64,000 nt of DNA, taken from NCBI GenBank assembly GCA_003009755.1, contig PXUB01000043.1, forward strand, positions 1 to 64,000. Reading direction: 5' to 3'. Within the stretch, counting starts at the first letter, position 1. The number at the start of each line of letters is the position of its first letter. The notes under the pieces were generated by a model. That model worked only from the letters and a program-made list of their open reading frames with translations, did not search any database and was not told the DNA's origin. Origin of the DNA: Thermoplasmatales archaeon SW_10_69_26 (GTDB lineage Archaea > Thermoplasmatota > SW-10-69-26). Below, one piece after another: positions 48,743 to 59,231 of the stretch. The translations under genes and the position numbers were made by a program.

Positions 48743-49483
48743 GTGTCCCACCCGCTGCCCGACGGTGTCGACCTCGAAGCGTGCTTGTTCGGCGGCCAGG
48801 CGTTCACCTGGTGGTCCGCCGACGACACGATCGAGGGCCTGACGCGCGGGACTCGCGTCTCGATCGACCCCGTGCGAGGCACCTGGACCTCGACCCCCGA
48901 CCGAGACGAGGGTTTCCTGGCCGCCTACCTCGGCCGCGAGCGGACGCGGCCTCGCGCACTGGCCGAGGACCCCGATCTGGGGGCCCTCGCGCGCCGCATG
49001 CCGGGCCTGCGCCTGCTCGACCAGGATCCCTGGGAGGGCACGCTGGCGTTCATGATCAGCCCCGCCAACAACGTCCCCCGCATCCAGGCCACGATCGCCA
49101 AGCTATGCCGGCGCCTGGGCGACCCGGTCGACGGCACGGCCGCCGTGCCGGGCCCCCAGGCGGTCGCCGACGCCGAGCGCCCGATCGAGGCCGCCCACGA
49201 CCGGCTCGTGGAGCTCGACGGCGTCGGACCCAAGGTCGCCGAATGCATCCTCTGCTACGCGCTCGGGTTCGATCGGGCCTTCCCCGTCGACCGCTGGGTG
49301 GCCCGCGCCGGCGAACATCTGCTCGGCGAGGAGCCCACGACCGAAGCGGCACGCCAGCGATGGGGGGACGATGCGGCGATGGCCCAGCAGGTCGTCTTCC
49401 ACGGCGCCCGCAAGGGCTACGTCGACGGGATCGAGGCCAGCCCCGTGGCCGGCTTCGACGCCTGGCGCAGCGTCGAAGTCTGA
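48743..49483 (+). CDS. 8-oxoguanine DNA glycosylase-like (HhH-GPD), apparently internally shortened
   Basis: GQAF.W, GLRLLDQDPWE, NNVPRI, LDGVGPKVAEC, FPVDRWV, AQQ. Confidence 0.8.
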   Translation: MSHPLPDGVDLEACLFGGQAFTWWSADDTIEGLTRGTRVSIDPVRGTWTSTPDRDEGFLAAYLGRERTRPRALAEDPDLGALARRMPGLRLLDQDPWEGTLAFMISPANNVPRIQATIAKLCRRLGDPVDGTAAVPGPQAVADAERPIEAAHDRLVELDGVGPKVAECILCYALGFDRAFPVDRWVARAGEHLLGEEPTTEAARQRWGDDAAMAQQVVFHGARKGYVDGIEASPVAGFDAWRSVEV

Positions 49484-49661
49484 GGCGCGGTCGGGAGGGA
49501 ACACGCAGGAGAGCCGAGGGCCAGAGGGCAGCAGAGGGGAAGGCGAGGGACAGGCGAGGGCGGGCAGAGGAGTAAAGCAGGCCACGACGGAGGATCGCAG
49601 GGGACGGGCAAGCCGATCGCGTCACCGGCCCAGGCAAGGTCCTCGCGGACGGGATGGCGAA

Positions 49662-49995
49662 CAGCGCCATCGGCTTGCATTGCGTGATGGCGGTTGAGGG
49701 ATGCGGGGCGTGGGTTAGACCTTGCCGGCCTCGATCGGTGCCATCGGCCTGCGTTGCGAGATCGCGGTCGCGAATCTGAAGCCACGGGCGGAGGGGCTGG
49801 GCGACGACCAGCGCCATCGGCCTGCGTCGCGTGATGGCGGTTGAGGGATGCGGGGCGTGGCGTAGACCTTGCCGGCCTCGATCGGTGCCATCGGCCTGCG
49901 TTGCGAGATCGCGGTCGCGAATCTGAAGCCACGAGCGGAGGGGTTGGGCGACGACCAGCGCCATCGGCCTGCGTTGCGTCATCGCGGTTGAGGGG
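49662..49995. repeat. Tandem repeat of 147-bp units (about 2.3 copies)
   Basis: Units start CAGCGCCATCGG at 49662, 49809 and 49956 and are nearly identical. Confidence 0.92.
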
Positions 49996-50083
49996 GATCG
50001 CAGATACCGCTCCCCCTCTTTTTGTTGAAAATTTCCTCGCCAATTGCCCGCACGCGGACACCGCGGGACCGGAAATTTTCTGT
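49992..50083 (-). repeat. Repeat family B, diverged inverted copy
   Basis: Reverse complement ACAGAAAATTTCCG..GCGGTGTCCGCGT..GGCGAGGAAATTTTCAACAAAA..GGGGGAGCGGTAT matches the units at 26991-27237. Confidence 0.8.
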
Positions 50084-50129
50084 CCGAACCTTCTTCCGCG
50101 TGCCTCCGATTGCGGCCTCGAGGGTCAGG

Positions 50130-50597
50130 ATGCACGAAGACGCCGTCGAGGGCCGCACCGTCGGCGAGGTGTACGAGGACGATCTCCGGCGGGGAGCCAT
50201 CGTCAGCGACTCCACGCCCCTCGTGAACCTCGTCGAGACGTTGGACTTCCAGGACCTCGAGGCCCTCTACGTCGTCGACGCCCGCGAGATCTACTACGGC
50301 CTTTTGACCCGCTCGGACCTGCTCGGCTGGCTCGAGCAGGAGCTGGCCGCCCCGCAGACCCGGACCGGCTTCCCCTGGGACCGCGTCGGCGAAGCGATCG
50401 AGGGAGCCCACGCCGGCGACGCCGTCAACCCCGACAGCCGCAACGTGCCCGTCGAACCCCGCGACCCGCTCGACCGGGCCCTGCGCAACATGATGCAGGC
50501 CTCCGTGACCGTCGTCCCCGTGCTCGATCCCGACGGCGGCATCGAGGGCGAGCTGTCGTTGACGCGCGTGCTACGCGAGGTCCACGACAACCGCTGA
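50130..50597 (+). CDS. CBS-domain protein
   Basis: LYVVD..YYGLLTRSDLL; VPVLDPDGGIEGELSLTRVL. Confidence 0.8.
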   Translation: MHEDAVEGRTVGEVYEDDLRRGAIVSDSTPLVNLVETLDFQDLEALYVVDAREIYYGLLTRSDLLGWLEQELAAPQTRTGFPWDRVGEAIEGAHAGDAVNPDSRNVPVEPRDPLDRALRNMMQASVTVVPVLDPDGGIEGELSLTRVLREVHDNR

Positions 50598-50984
50598 CGG
50601 TTGCGAGGGGCACGCGGAGAAGCAGAGGACGGCGGTGCGAAGTGGATCCCGGTGCCCTTGCCGGCCAGCGTGGGCTTTGCCGGCCACGGAGCCGCCGGCG
50701 TCGATCTGCTGCACGAGGGTGCCCACGACGGTCACGAGCGGAGCCATCACGAGCGAGAGCCCGTCCAGGCGGAGCGCTGGCTCGACGCCCGACATCGGCA
50801 CCCAACGGGTCGCCTCGACGAGGGGCCGCCCCGCCGCGACGGTGGGCGTCCCCGCGATGACGACGGCGGCCACCCCGGCGGGGACGGGCGCCGTCAGCCA
50901 GCCCGAGCGATCCCCGACGAGGCGTTGGGCGAGCAAAGCCAGCGGTGCGAGGACGAAGCCCGCGAGCACCGCGATCGTCAACAT
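50571..50984 (-). pseudogene. N-terminal fragment of an Mrp/Mnh antiporter subunit A-like gene
   Basis: MLTIAVLAGFVLAPLA...WVPMSGV..ALRLDGLSLVMAPLVTVVG, after which similarity ends. Confidence 0.5.
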
Positions 50985-51148
50985 CACGATGGGCCCCGCC
51001 GAGCATCCGACGAGCCCCCGCACGGCATCCGGCGAGGTCGGGGTTGCCATCCCCTGTCCAGGTGCTCCAGTCGAAGCAAGCGGCGGCTTGGCTGGGGCCA
51101 CCCAACGGTTATCTGCCCCCATCGGATAGCTGGCGCTGGGTGCTTCCC

Positions 51149-51562
51149 TTGGCCTCCCAGCTTGGACCCGCATCCCACGTGCTCGCCATCGTCGACGGTT
51201 CCGAGGAGAACCGCGAAGCCGCCGTCGCCGGCGCCGACCTGCTCGCCGCCACGCCTGGCCTCCAGTTCACCGTCCTCGCCTCCGCCGACGTCGCCCAACC
51301 GGCCGGTAGCCCCGAAGCCACCGATCTCGCATCGACGAACGGCTCCGGCGCGCTCCTGCAACGCGCGCCACAGACCTCGAAGGTCGTGGAGGCGACGCGA
51401 GCGATCGAGGACCGCGGCCTGACGACGCGGATGCGGACGGTCGAGGGCGACCTCGTCGAGCGCGCGATCGAGGTCGCGGCCGCCCACGATCTCGTCGTCC
51501 TCCCGCCCTCGATGGCCGACCGTGCCGACGAGTTCCCTGTCCCGACGCTCGTCGCCCCCTGA
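51149..51562 (+). CDS. Universal stress protein-like
   Basis: HVLAIVDGSE...A, VEGD, HDLVVL, VPTLV; start uncertain. Confidence 0.65.
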   Translation: MASQLGPASHVLAIVDGSEENREAAVAGADLLAATPGLQFTVLASADVAQPAGSPEATDLASTNGSGALLQRAPQTSKVVEATRAIEDRGLTTRMRTVEGDLVERAIEVAAAHDLVVLPPSMADRADEFPVPTLVAP

Positions 51563-51619
51563 GGTGGCGATCCGGCCCGGCCCGAGGGCTAAGTAGACCG
51601 GTCTCCATCAGCGGCATCC

Positions 51620-52558
51620 ATGTCCACGATCCTCGTCAACGACCCGATCCACGAAGCCGGCATCCAACGCCTCGAGGAGGCCGGTCACGACGTCGTCCAG
51701 GGCCCGCTCGAGGGCAAACGGCGCGAGCAGGTGCTCGGCGAAGCTCGGGCCGCGATCGTGCGCTCGGGCACGACGGTCGACGAGGCGCTCCTCGACGAAG
51801 CTCCCGAGCTCGAGGTCGTGGCTCGGGCTGGCGTCGGCGTGGACAACATCGACCTCGACGCCTGCGAGGCCCGCGACGTGACCGTGTTCAACACGCCGGA
51901 CGCCTCCACGAACGCGGTCGCCGAGCTGACGCTGGCCCACATGCTGTCCGTCGCCCGGCACTTCCCCCGCGCCCAGCGCGCCATGCCGCAAGGCGAGTGG
52001 CCGAAAAGCGACTGCCGGGGCGTCGAGCTGTCCGGCCGCACGCTGGGGCTGGTCGGCATCGGCCGGATCGGGGCCCGCGTCGCCGAGCTCGCCCAAGCCT
52101 TCGGCATGGACGTCCACGCCCACGATCCCTACGTGGACGAGGCCCGGGCCGACGAGCTGGGCATCCAGCTGCACGAGGACCCCGGGGCCATGGCGGCCCA
52201 CCTCGACGTCGTGTCCGTGCACACCCCGCTGACGCCGGAAACCGAGGGCCTCGTCGGCGGGGCCTTCTTCGACGCTGCCGAGGCTCCCCTCGTCGTCGTC
52301 AACTGCGCCCGCGGCGGCGTCGTCGACGAGGACGCGCTGCGGGGGGCCCTCGAGCAGGGCACCGTCGCCGGCGCCGGGCTCGACGTCTACGAGACCGAGC
52401 CCCCCGAGGACCGCGAGCTCCTCCAGCATCCTCGCGTGTCGACGACCCCGCACATCGGTGCGCAGACCGACGAGGCCCAGCGCGCCTGCGCGAGGCTGGC
52501 CGCCGACGGCATCCTGGCGATCTTCGACGGCAGCGAGCCCGACACGCGGATCGTGTAG
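51620..52558 (+). CDS. serA: D-2-hydroxyacid / D-3-phosphoglycerate dehydrogenase (no ACT domain)
   Basis: RAGVGVDNID, AVAELT, GIGRIG, HTPLT, NCARGGVVDE, LDVYETEP, TPHIGAQT. Confidence 0.85.
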   Translation: MSTILVNDPIHEAGIQRLEEAGHDVVQGPLEGKRREQVLGEARAAIVRSGTTVDEALLDEAPELEVVARAGVGVDNIDLDACEARDVTVFNTPDASTNAVAELTLAHMLSVARHFPRAQRAMPQGEWPKSDCRGVELSGRTLGLVGIGRIGARVAELAQAFGMDVHAHDPYVDEARADELGIQLHEDPGAMAAHLDVVSVHTPLTPETEGLVGGAFFDAAEAPLVVVNCARGGVVDEDALRGALEQGTVAGAGLDVYETEPPEDRELLQHPRVSTTPHIGAQTDEAQRACARLAADGILAIFDGSEPDTRIV

Positions 52559-52855
52559 GACGGCCACGCCTGATCGGCTTCGCAACGTCGACCTTGCGCC
52601 TGCGTGACGTTGAAGCGTGTCGCAGGCTTGGATTTCGATGGGCCGACCGGACGGCGGTCCCGGTTCCTCCCAACCACCGGGGCGCCTTCGCCGATGCAAG
52701 GGTCGGCGGAGCTTGCTCCGGGGGGCGGGCCGGGGGGTCCCGGCCCGCCCGCCTCCCTTCGTTCCTCTCATCGACACCGGTCGTGCAACGTTCCCGTTAC
52801 CGCACGGTCAACCTTTTCCCGGTGATGGAGCGTGGTTTCTATCGAGGCGATTCGA

Positions 52856-53437
52856 ATGAACCTTGGACACGTGGCTGCTGGCTTCCTCGCGCTCACGCTC
52901 GTCGTTCCCGCCGGGGCGGCGGCCCCGCTGATCGACCAGATCGACAACGGTGGTTTCGAGGACGACCTCGCCGAGTGGCGGGTCGTCGATGGCGACGTCA
53001 GCGCGGATGGCGTCCCCTTCGAGGGTTCGGGGGCGGCGAAGCTGAACGCCGTCGGCGGGACGACGACCACCACGCTGGCGCAGGAGGTCTCCCTGGACAA
53101 CGACGATGCGCCGATCGTGCCGAACGCCGAGTACGAGATCGCGTTCGCGGCCGTGCTGAACGACGGCTCGGAGAACTCCGCGGCCGCGAGCCCGGACGTC
53201 TTCGGCCAGATCGTCTGGAAGAACGCCCTCGGCGAAACCACCGACGTCGACAGGGTCGAGATCACCGACACCGACGACTACGTCGAGTACAGCCAGACGT
53301 TCGACGCTCCCGAGGACGCGACCGCGGCCGACATCCAGTTCCACGTCGTCCGCGAGAACCTCGAGGACCCCACCGACGCCAACCTGCAGGTCGACGCCGT
53401 CGCGTTCGGCCCCGCCGACCCGACCGGGTCGGTCTAG
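52856..53437 (+). CDS. Secreted protein with a carbohydrate-binding-like jelly-roll domain
   Basis: Signal peptide; NGGFE...W at the start and LQVDAV at the end. Confidence 0.65.
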   Translation: MNLGHVAAGFLALTLVVPAGAAAPLIDQIDNGGFEDDLAEWRVVDGDVSADGVPFEGSGAAKLNAVGGTTTTTLAQEVSLDNDDAPIVPNAEYEIAFAAVLNDGSENSAAASPDVFGQIVWKNALGETTDVDRVEITDTDDYVEYSQTFDAPEDATAADIQFHVVRENLEDPTDANLQVDAVAFGPADPTGSV

Positions 53438-53558
53438 ATTCGGTCCACGGTCTCCGGCCAGGGGAGACACGACGGTGGCACCGCGGGCCGAACGCTCCAA
53501 CCGTCAATTCCCCTGGCCCTAACCGTTTTGCCGGGCCCTATGGTTGGGCCGGGTGGAC

Positions 53559-54326
53559 ATGTCTGGGAACAGCACGGTCCGTACGCTGGCAGCGTCCCTC
53601 GCGGCGCTGCTGCTGATGCTGAGCACGTTCGCCGGTGGCGCCGCGGCCGCGGGCGAAGACAACGGCGACGAGATCTCGGACGTCGCAGAGGAGAAGCTAT
53701 CGACCACCAACTGCCTGCAGGTCTACATCGAGGAGCAGGCGGGCCCGGCGACCGTCACGTACAACTGCGGCGCCGGCGCCGACGTGGACGAGGACTGGCG
53801 TCCGAGCGAGGAGGCCTCGGCCGCCGGTCCGCCGCCCTGTGACGACGACACCCGCGTCGAAGCCGGTCCGTTCACCGTCTACCGCGAGGGCTTCTTCTGC
53901 GAGCCCCGCGTTGATTACGACGAGGACTGGGAGCCCAGCGTGCCGACGAGCACGACCAAGCCCGAGTGCTCGGAGCTCGACGGTGACTCCCAGGTGGGCC
54001 CGGTCACCGTGACCGTCGACGACACCTGCCGAACCTCGGCCACGGTCAACGAATCCTGGTCGCCGGTTTCCGAGACGACGGACGTGGACCCGCCGCAGAC
54101 CTCCCCGCCGAACTGCTTCTACATCTACTACGAGCGGCAGGCCGGCCCGGTGACGGTGGTCATGACGTCCTCGTGCTCCGGGAACGTCGAGGTCGACGAG
54201 GAGTGGCGGCCGAGCCTCTCGTCCACCGACGACGACTCCTCGCCCTCCGACCACCCGGTGAAGTGCACGCTCGACGCCAACGACAACCGCGAGATCTTCT
54301 ACTGCATCTTCGGTAAGCCCTGGTAG
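53559..54326 (+). CDS. Secreted Cys-rich repeat protein
   Basis: Signal peptide; four repeats of C-x(6-8)-(A/V)GP(V/F/A)TV-x(3-7)-C-x(5-8)-(D/N)E(D/E/S)W.P. Confidence 0.8.
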   Translation: MSGNSTVRTLAASLAALLLMLSTFAGGAAAAGEDNGDEISDVAEEKLSTTNCLQVYIEEQAGPATVTYNCGAGADVDEDWRPSEEASAAGPPPCDDDTRVEAGPFTVYREGFFCEPRVDYDEDWEPSVPTSTTKPECSELDGDSQVGPVTVTVDDTCRTSATVNESWSPVSETTDVDPPQTSPPNCFYIYYERQAGPVTVVMTSSCSGNVEVDEEWRPSLSSTDDDSSPSDHPVKCTLDANDNREIFYCIFGKPW

Positions 54327-54519
54327 GCCGACGCCGGGTCGCCGGCTTCTCTCCTCTTTTTCCTCCTTCTCCTCCTCTTGCCTCGGTCAGCCTCGAGGTT
54401 GACCCGGCTGCGATCGATAGAGCCGGCCAGCGGCCGCTACTCGCGGCCCAACAGCCGCGTCTCCCTGGTACGATGACCACCGATACATTCCTATATCACC
54501 GCCCTTTTGCCCGGCCCGA

Positions 54520-54891
54520 ATGGCCGGAATCCCCGAGCCATACCTCCCTGTCGCCATCATGACGGGGATCGGCGTGGCCGTCGTGTTCATCGCCGTCGCT
54601 CTCTCGCGGTTCATCACCCCCAGCCGGCCGAGCCGCGAGAAGCTCACCGCCTACGAGTGCGGTGAGGAACCCGTCGGTTCGGGTCGCGGACCCGTCGACA
54701 TCCAGTTCTACCTGTACGTTCTCGTCTTCCTCATCCTGGATCTTGAGGCGGTCTTCCTCATCCCGTTCGTCGTCGACTTCGCGAACCTCGGTACGAAGGC
54801 CATCGTGACGATGGCTGTGTTCGTCTTCCTGTTGCTCGACGGCTGGATCTACGCGATACAGAAGGGGGCTCTCGAATGGCAAGGATCGTGA
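54520..54891 (+). CDS. nuoA: NADH-quinone oxidoreductase subunit A
   Basis: [21 protein letters not shown]. Confidence 0.95.
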   Translation: MAGIPEPYLPVAIMTGIGVAVVFIAVALSRFITPSRPSREKLTAYECGEEPVGSGRGPVDIQFYLYVLVFLILDLEAVFLIPFVVDFANLGTKAIVTMAVFVFLLLDGWIYAIQKGALEWQGS

Positions 54892-55472
54892 AGTCCGGCA
54901 GCCCCGAGGAGGGGGTCTTCCTCACCTCGGTCGACAAGATGCTGAAATGGGGCCGCGCGAACTCGCTGTGGCCGATGCAGTTCGGCCTGGCCTGTTGCGC
55001 CATCGAGATGATGGCCACCATGGGCCCCCACCACGACATCGCCCGCTTCGGCTCCGAGGTCTTCCGCGCGACCCCGCGCCAGGCCGACCTCATGATCGTG
55101 CCGGGCACCGTCTGCAAGAAGATGGCCCCGCGCGTGCGCAAGCTGTACGACCAGATGCCCGAGCCGAAGTACGTCATCGCGATGGGCGCCTGCGCCTCCT
55201 GCGGTGGCCCCTACCAGAACTCGTACAGCGTCGTCCAGGGCGTCGACAAGGTCATCCCCGTCGACGTCTACGTCCCCGGCTGTCCGCCCCGTCCCGAGGC
55301 GCTGCTCGACGGGCTCCAGCGTCTGCAGGAGAAGATCCAGCAGGACCCCGAGCCCGCCATCCGGTTCGCCAAGGACACCGAGGACACCGAAGAGCTGACC
55401 TCCGAACGAGAGGCCAAACAGCGCCGCGACTGGGAGCTTGGCCCCTCCGAGTTGGGAGGGGAACCGGCTTGA
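54876..55472 (+). CDS. nuoB: NADH-quinone oxidoreductase subunit B
   Basis: [28 protein letters not shown]. Confidence 0.97.
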   Translation: MARIVKSGSPEEGVFLTSVDKMLKWGRANSLWPMQFGLACCAIEMMATMGPHHDIARFGSEVFRATPRQADLMIVPGTVCKKMAPRVRKLYDQMPEPKYVIAMGACASCGGPYQNSYSVVQGVDKVIPVDVYVPGCPPRPEALLDGLQRLQEKIQQDPEPAIRFAKDTEDTEELTSEREAKQRRDWELGPSELGGEPA

Positions 55473-56110
55473 GCCTGGCCGACGATGTCATCGACACGGT
55501 CCAGGAGCACGTGATCGAGGAGGATGTCCAGAAGGACAAGCCCCTCCTCGTGACCGATCCCGAGGGCCTTCGCGACGTCATGGCCGAAGCCCAGGACGCG
55601 GGCTTCGACCACCTGTGCTTCGTCACGGCCGTCGACTGGCCGAAGGACGAGATCGAGGACAACGCCGCCTGGCTCGGCTTCACCGAAGAGCGCGAGGTCG
55701 AGGACCCCGACGACGAGGAGGACGAGGACGCCACCGAGACCGTCCCCGTCGAATCGAAGGGCTGGCACCTCGACGACGTCGACGACGGCCTCATGGAGGT
55801 CGTCTACAACCTCTACTCCTACGACGAGGGCGACCATCTGGCCGTCCAGGTCTGGGTGCCGCGCGAGGTCGACCAGTGCTCGGTCCCGACTGTCAGCGAC
55901 CTCTGGGCCGGTGCCAACTGGCACGAGCGAGAGGTCTTCGACCTCTACGGAGTCACCTTCGAGGGTCACCCCGACATGAAACGCATCTTCATGCCCGAGG
56001 ACTGGGAGGGTCACCCCCACAGGAAGGACTACGACCTCGGGGAGCAGCAGTACATCTACCGCGAGGACGGCATCGACAAGGTGACCAAGGACGCCGGGAA
56101 GGGGTGGTAG
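55469..56110 (+). CDS. nuoC: NADH-quinone oxidoreductase subunit C
   Basis: [33 protein letters not shown]; TTG start overlaps the nuoB stop. Confidence 0.93.
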   Translation: MSLADDVIDTVQEHVIEEDVQKDKPLLVTDPEGLRDVMAEAQDAGFDHLCFVTAVDWPKDEIEDNAAWLGFTEEREVEDPDDEEDEDATETVPVESKGWHLDDVDDGLMEVVYNLYSYDEGDHLAVQVWVPREVDQCSVPTVSDLWAGANWHEREVFDLYGVTFEGHPDMKRIFMPEDWEGHPHRKDYDLGEQQYIYREDGIDKVTKDAGKGW

Positions 56111-56112
56111 CT

Positions 56113-57264
56113 TTGGCCGAACAGCAGACCCCGAGCGAACAGACCCCCAAGCGTCGCCTCATGACGCTCAACGTCGGACCCCAGCACCCCGCCACGCACG
56201 GCGTGCTGCGGATGAAGATGCTGCTCGACGGCGAGCGCATCGTCGACGCCGAACCGATCATCGGGTACCTGCACCGGGGCAGCGAACGCCTCGGCGAGAT
56301 GGGTACCTACCTCCAATTCATCCCGTACACCGACCGCATGGACTACCTGGCGGCCATCCACAACAACATGGCCTTCGTCCATGCCTGCGAGAAGCTCGCG
56401 GACCTCGACGTGCCCCCGCGCGCCAACGTCCTGCGAGTGCTCGCCCAGGAGATCAACCGCGTCGCGAGCCACCTCATCTGGATGGGGACCTTCGGCATCG
56501 ACATCGGCGCGATGACGACCTTCTTCTGGTGCTTCCGCGACCGCGAGCGGGCGCTGCGCCTGCTCGAGCGCATGACCGGGACCCGCCTGACGTACTCCTA
56601 CATGCGCTTCGGCGGCGTCAAGCACGACGTCGACGAGGATTGGATCCAGGACACCCGCGAGTGGGTGGATCAGGTCCGCGAGGGCATCCAGGAGCTCGAC
56701 GACCTGCTCACCGAGAACGATATCTTCGTCGCCCGCACCAAGGGCACCGGCGTCGTCTCGACCGAGCAGGCGATCGACTACGGCATGACCGGCCCCAACC
56801 TGCGGGCCACCGGCAAGGCGTTCGACCTCCGCAAGGAGGAGCCCTACGCCAGCTACGAGACCTACGACTTCGACGTGCCGACCAGCGACGAGGGCGACGT
56901 GTTCGCCCGGTACGCCTGCCGCATGGCGGAGATCGAGGAGTCCCTCGGCATCGTCGAGCAAGCCTGCGACCGCTGGGCCGACGCCGAGGGCAACCACCTC
57001 AGCCGCGAGGTCGGCGAGGGCTCCAGCCAGTTCCGGTGGAGCCCGCCGGAGGGCGAAGCCTACGGCCGCATCGAGTCTCCGCGCGGCGAGCTGGGCTGCC
57101 TGGTCGTCTCCGACGGCAGCAACCAGCCCTACCGCGTGAAGATGCGCGCCCACTCGTTCTCCAACCTGTCCGCGATCTCCGAGCTCGCTCGCGGCGAGCT
57201 CATCCAGGACGCCATCATCACGCTGGGTAGCTTGGACATCGTGCTGGGGGACATCGACCGATGA
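56113..57264 (+). CDS. nuoD: NADH-quinone oxidoreductase subunit D
   Basis: NVGPQHPATHGVLR, GYLHRG, DRMDY, ESPRGE, GDIDR. Confidence 0.96.
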   Translation: MAEQQTPSEQTPKRRLMTLNVGPQHPATHGVLRMKMLLDGERIVDAEPIIGYLHRGSERLGEMGTYLQFIPYTDRMDYLAAIHNNMAFVHACEKLADLDVPPRANVLRVLAQEINRVASHLIWMGTFGIDIGAMTTFFWCFRDRERALRLLERMTGTRLTYSYMRFGGVKHDVDEDWIQDTREWVDQVREGIQELDDLLTENDIFVARTKGTGVVSTEQAIDYGMTGPNLRATGKAFDLRKEEPYASYETYDFDVPTSDEGDVFARYACRMAEIEESLGIVEQACDRWADAEGNHLSREVGEGSSQFRWSPPEGEAYGRIESPRGELGCLVVSDGSNQPYRVKMRAHSFSNLSAISELARGELIQDAIITLGSLDIVLGDIDR

Positions 57265-58277
57265 CCGCCGTCGAGTGGCTCACCGCGCAACTCGCCCCGC
57301 TCGTCGGACAAAGCTGGGCCGTCCTCGTGGTCTACCTCGCCCTGTCCGCGGCCACGATCGGCTTCGTGCTCGCTGCCGCCCCCGGCCTCGTCTGGGGCAT
57401 GCGCAAGGTGATGGGCCACGTCCAGCACCGCACCGGTCCCTACCGCGTGGGCCCCTTCGGCCTGCTGCAACCGGTCGCCGACGGCATCAAGCTCGTCAGC
57501 AAGGAGGACATCGTCCCGGCCGGCGTCGACGAGTTCTCCTGGAAGCTGGCCGTCTACGTGCTCCCGGTCCCGGTCTTCATCGTGTTCCTGTTCATCCCCT
57601 GGCACCCGGGCTTCGTCGTCTCCAACGTCGCGACGGGCATCGTGCTGCTGCTCGCCGTCGCCGCCATCTCACCCGTCGGTGAGGTCCTCGCCGGCTGGGG
57701 ATCCAACAACAAGTACAGCGTGCTCGGCGGCCTGCGCGCGGCCGCGATGGACGTCGCCTACGAGGTCCCGCTCGTGCTCGCCGCCGCCAGCGTCGTCATC
57801 CTCACCGGTTCCATGGAGATGCAGGCCATCGTGGAGGCCCAGCAAGGCGTCTGGTTCTTCCTCGTCCAACCGATCGGCCTGTTCATCTTCCTGATCGCCG
57901 GCCTCGCCAAGATCGGCGTGGCCCCCGTCGACCTCGCCGAGGCCGAGTCCGAGTTCGTGGCCGGGTTCCACACTGAGTACTCCGGCATGCGGTTCGGCCT
58001 GCTGTTCTTGACCCTGTTCGCCAACATCATCCTCATCTCGCTGCTGACCAGCATCCTGTTCCTCGGTGGCTGGCAGGCGCCCTTGGGCCTGTTCGACGGC
58101 GTCTGGTGGTTGCTGGCCAAGACGGTGGTGATCGCCGTGTTCCTGTTGACCACGTGGTTCACGCTGCCGAGGGTCCGGGTCGACCAGTTCATGAACCTCG
58201 GCTGGAAGCTCCTGTTCCCGCTGGCCCTCGTGAACATGGTCATCGCGGGCGTGCTCGCGAAAGGAGGTATCGTCTAA
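57261..58277 (+). CDS. nuoH: NADH-quinone oxidoreductase subunit H
   Basis: GPFGLLQPVADGIKL..KED, SNNKYS.LG, DLAEAESE...G..TEYSG. Confidence 0.96.
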   Translation: MTAVEWLTAQLAPLVGQSWAVLVVYLALSAATIGFVLAAAPGLVWGMRKVMGHVQHRTGPYRVGPFGLLQPVADGIKLVSKEDIVPAGVDEFSWKLAVYVLPVPVFIVFLFIPWHPGFVVSNVATGIVLLLAVAAISPVGEVLAGWGSNNKYSVLGGLRAAAMDVAYEVPLVLAAASVVILTGSMEMQAIVEAQQGVWFFLVQPIGLFIFLIAGLAKIGVAPVDLAEAESEFVAGFHTEYSGMRFGLLFLTLFANIILISLLTSILFLGGWQAPLGLFDGVWWLLAKTVVIAVFLLTTWFTLPRVRVDQFMNLGWKLLFPLALVNMVIAGVLAKGGIV

Positions 58278-58723
58278 TGTCCGTCTCGCTCGTCGGCATC
58301 CTGAAGAGCTTCAAGCAGACGATCAAGCGCCTCTTCTCGAAGCCGGTCACGGTGCACTACCCCGAGGAGACGGCTCCGATCTCGGAGCGGTTCCGGGGCC
58401 GCATCGTGCTCGACATGGAGGCCTGCATCGGCTGCACCCTGTGCTCGCAGGCGTGCCCGAACGGCACCGACTGCATGCAGGTCATCCCCGGCCGAGAGCA
58501 GGCGAACAACAAGCGCGGTCTCTGGCCGCGCGTCAACGTCGTCCAATGCATGTACTGCGGCCTCTGCGAAGAGGTCTGCCCGACGGACGCGATCTTCCTC
58601 ACGCCCGAGTTCCGAACCTCCCGCACCGACCGCGGCGAGTTCGACTACGACGCCATCCAGCTGTCCAAGACCGAGGCCGAGCTGACGATGGAAGGGCAAA
58701 AGGAGCTCGAGGGAGGGCTCTAG
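58277..58723 (+). CDS. nuoI: NADH-quinone oxidoreductase subunit I
   Basis: YPEE, RFRG, CIGCTLCSQACP, CMYCGLCEEVCP. Confidence 0.95.
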   Translation: MSVSLVGILKSFKQTIKRLFSKPVTVHYPEETAPISERFRGRIVLDMEACIGCTLCSQACPNGTDCMQVIPGREQANNKRGLWPRVNVVQCMYCGLCEEVCPTDAIFLTPEFRTSRTDRGEFDYDAIQLSKTEAELTMEGQKELEGGL

Positions 58724-58751
58724 GCCCATGCAAGAAGGGAGGGGGGGCTAA

Positions 58752-59231
58752 GTGCTCGACGAGATCGTCTTCCTCGTCCTCGCCGCGATCACCGTCTTCG
58801 GGGCGCTCAAGGTCGTCTCCGAGGACGAGCCCGTGCACGCCGCGATCTTCTTGGGGCTCGTGCTGCTCGGTGTCGCCGGCATCTACCTGACGCTCAGCGC
58901 CGAGTTCCTGGCCGCCATCCAGATCCTCATCTACGTCGGCGCTGTCACGACGCTGATCCTGTTCGCCGTGATGCTCACCACGCACGCCTCGCCGATGGAG
59001 GGCTTCGCCGAGGACCGGACCCCTCTGGCCGCGCTCGGCGTCGACGCCCCCAAGGGCATGGACGTCGAGGAGGTCGAAGAGGTGCCTGAGGGCGTCGAGA
59101 CCGTCGAAGAGGCCGAACGCGAGGCCGACCGCGAAGGCAGCGGCCACACGATCAAGAAGGAGGGCGCCGAGCCCGAGGCCGACGACGAGGCCGACACCGA
59201 CGAGGACGACGAGACCGGAGGACGAGCCTGA
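58752..59231 (+). CDS. nuoJ: NADH-quinone oxidoreductase subunit J, N-terminal part
   Basis: AEFLAAIQILIYVGAV; acidic C-terminal tail. Confidence 0.9.
   Translation: MLDEIVFLVLAAITVFGALKVVSEDEPVHAAIFLGLVLLGVAGIYLTLSAEFLAAIQILIYVGAVTTLILFAVMLTTHASPMEGFAEDRTPLAALGVDAPKGMDVEEVEEVPEGVETVEEAEREADREGSGHTIKKEGAEPEADDEADTDEDDETGGRA

Noticed and set aside
49662-49995. Possible CRISPR array
   Set aside because: Whole units repeat with no unique spacers, and there are no cas genes in the window.
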